The position numbers and the translations under genes were made by a program. The notes beneath the pieces were generated by a model. The model was not told the DNA's origin and made no database searches. It worked only from the letters and a program-made list of their open reading frames with translations. A DNA stretch of 64,000 bases from a bacterium (GTDB lineage: Bacteria > Spirochaetota > Spirochaetia > Treponematales > UBA12059): assembly GCA_035530295.1 (NCBI GenBank), contig DATKVB010000014.1:161077-225076 (forward strand), written 5' to 3'. Shown one piece after another: positions 62,579 through 64,000 of the stretch. Each line of letters begins with the position of its first letter. Position 1 is the first letter of the stretch.

Positions 62579-62692
62579 CTATGAACATACTAAAACACAG
62601 CCATCGGCGGCAAGTGGGAAATGCGGTGTGAAATCAGCAAAAACGCGTTCACCTGTTCCATGATCGTGCCCGGAGCTGTATAATCCTGCTCC

Positions 62693-63406
62693 ATGAACGA
62701 AGAAATAACGGTTCTGCATGCCGATGCCTCGATTCTTGCCGTCAATAAGCCAGCGGGCCTTCTTTCAGCCGCGGACCGCTATGATCCGGACGCGCTCATC
62801 GTGTCGCGCGAGCTGGAGATGGAATATGGTCGGCTGATTCCTGTCCATCATCTGGACATAGACACGAGCGGCGTGTTGCTCTACGCAAGGCACGACGATG
62901 CGTATCGCGCGCTCGCGGCTGACTTCGAGGAGCGGACGGTGCTGCGCAGATATCACGCGATAGTCACTGGTCGGCCTTCCTGGACCCAGACCGTGTGCGA
63001 TTTTGCGCTGACTCCGGACGGAGACAGGATGCATCGTACCATCATCGATGGGGCGGGCAAGCCTGCTTCGACCGAGTTTGTCGTGCTTGGTGTGCACGCC
63101 AGGATGGGCATAGTGGAGGCCCGGCCGCTGACCAACCGGGCACACCAGGTGCGCATCCATCTGGCGGCCCTGGGGTATCCCATCGCGTGCGACCCTCTAT
63201 ATGGTGATGGCAAGCCGTTGTTCCTGTCCAAGATAAAGCGACGGTGGAAGGGCGATGAGGCCAGCGAACGACCGATGATAACGCGGACAGCGCTACACCT
63301 TTTTAGCATCGAGTTCAAGCACCCCGCCTCAGGGGACATCATGATTATAGAGGCCCCCTATCCAAAGGACTTCAGGGCCGTTGTTACCCAGTTGCGCAAG
63401 ATGTAG
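62693..63406 (+). CDS. RluA/C/D family pseudouridine synthase
   Basis: VNKPAGL, VHHLDIDTSG, HQVRIHLA..G.PI..D..YG, ALH. Confidence 0.85.
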   Translation: MNEEITVLHADASILAVNKPAGLLSAADRYDPDALIVSRELEMEYGRLIPVHHLDIDTSGVLLYARHDDAYRALAADFEERTVLRRYHAIVTGRPSWTQTVCDFALTPDGDRMHRTIIDGAGKPASTEFVVLGVHARMGIVEARPLTNRAHQVRIHLAALGYPIACDPLYGDGKPLFLSKIKRRWKGDEASERPMITRTALHLFSIEFKHPASGDIMIIEAPYPKDFRAVVTQLRKM

Positions 63407-63517
63407 AGAGTCCGGAATGGCTCCTTGCCCTTCCATCTGAATGTCTATATTCTGATCAGAGGCTCTCTATGGGCCACGGGCGCCTGGCGCCTTGATCCGT
63501 CTCTTATCGGAAGTATC

Positions 63518-64000
63518 ATGAAGAAGATGAATTTCGCGGCGACCGCGCTGGTTGTCGCCGCCCTCGCGCTGGTTGTGGTTTCCTGTGGCACCAAGGCTGC
63601 CGCCCCCGCCAAGGATGCCGCGGGCGCAGCCGCAACCTCAAAAGCCGACATCAGCTATGCCTTTGGCGTCGCCGTTGGTGCCAGCCTCAAGGATACCAAT
63701 GTCCAGATCGACTATACCCAGTTCGTAGCGGGCATCAAGGACTTTGTCGAAAAGGACAAGCCACGGATCACGATGGAAGACGCCCAGAAGATAATCCAGG
63801 AATCCATCCTGGCTGCCATGCAGAAGAAGGGTGAAGAGAATATGGCGCAGGAGACCAAATTCCTGGCCGAGAACGGCAAGAAGACCGGCGTCACGACGAC
63901 CGCGAGCGGACTGCAGTACGAAGTGATCAAGCAGGGCACCGGCCCCAAGCCCAAGGAAACCGATACCGTGAAGGTCGATTATGTCGGCACCTTCATCGAT
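63518..64000 (+). CDS. FKBP-type peptidyl-prolyl isomerase (Mip/FkpA-like lipoprotein), truncated by the window end
   Basis: Manual translation: MKKMNF...LVVVSC lipobox, SYAFG, TTASGLQYEVIKQGTGPKP..TDTVKVDYVGTFID. Confidence 0.9.
   Translation, partial: MKKMNFAATALVVAALALVVVSCGTKAAAPAKDAAGAAATSKADISYAFGVAVGASLKDTNVQIDYTQFVAGIKDFVEKDKPRITMEDAQKIIQESILAAMQKKGEENMAQETKFLAENGKKTGVTTTASGLQYEVIKQGTGPKPKETDTVKVDYVGTFID

Overview
GC-rich bacterial chromosomal segment. The MCP style, stand-alone groEL and lipoprotein FKBP suggest an anaerobic free-living spirochaete, but this is inferred. It holds about 50 CDSs: shikimate genes (aroB, DAHP synthase, aroQ), redox genes (trxA, trxB, an atypical thioredoxin), transporters, four chemoreceptors (one NIT-type, one fused to an [FeFe]-hydrogenase-like sensor), an AT-richer signalling block, ppk2 with GT4 and GH130, an orphan trpB, a trimeric [FeFe]-hydrogenase with non-bifurcating signatures, an encapsulin with ferritin-like cargo, modABC-xdhC, an S1-domain protein, groEL, an RluA-type enzyme and an FKBP. 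Three non-coding features stand out. (1) The groEL 3' end plus terminator occurs three times, separated by two related hairpin-rich spacers (60297-60805). (2) A 215-bp MITE-like element with perfect 18-bp TIRs sits at the hydA stop codon. (3) An IS5-like transposase remnant lies at about 58.7 kb. I saw no rRNA, tRNA or CRISPR array. All calls come from motif recognition by eye; no searches were run.
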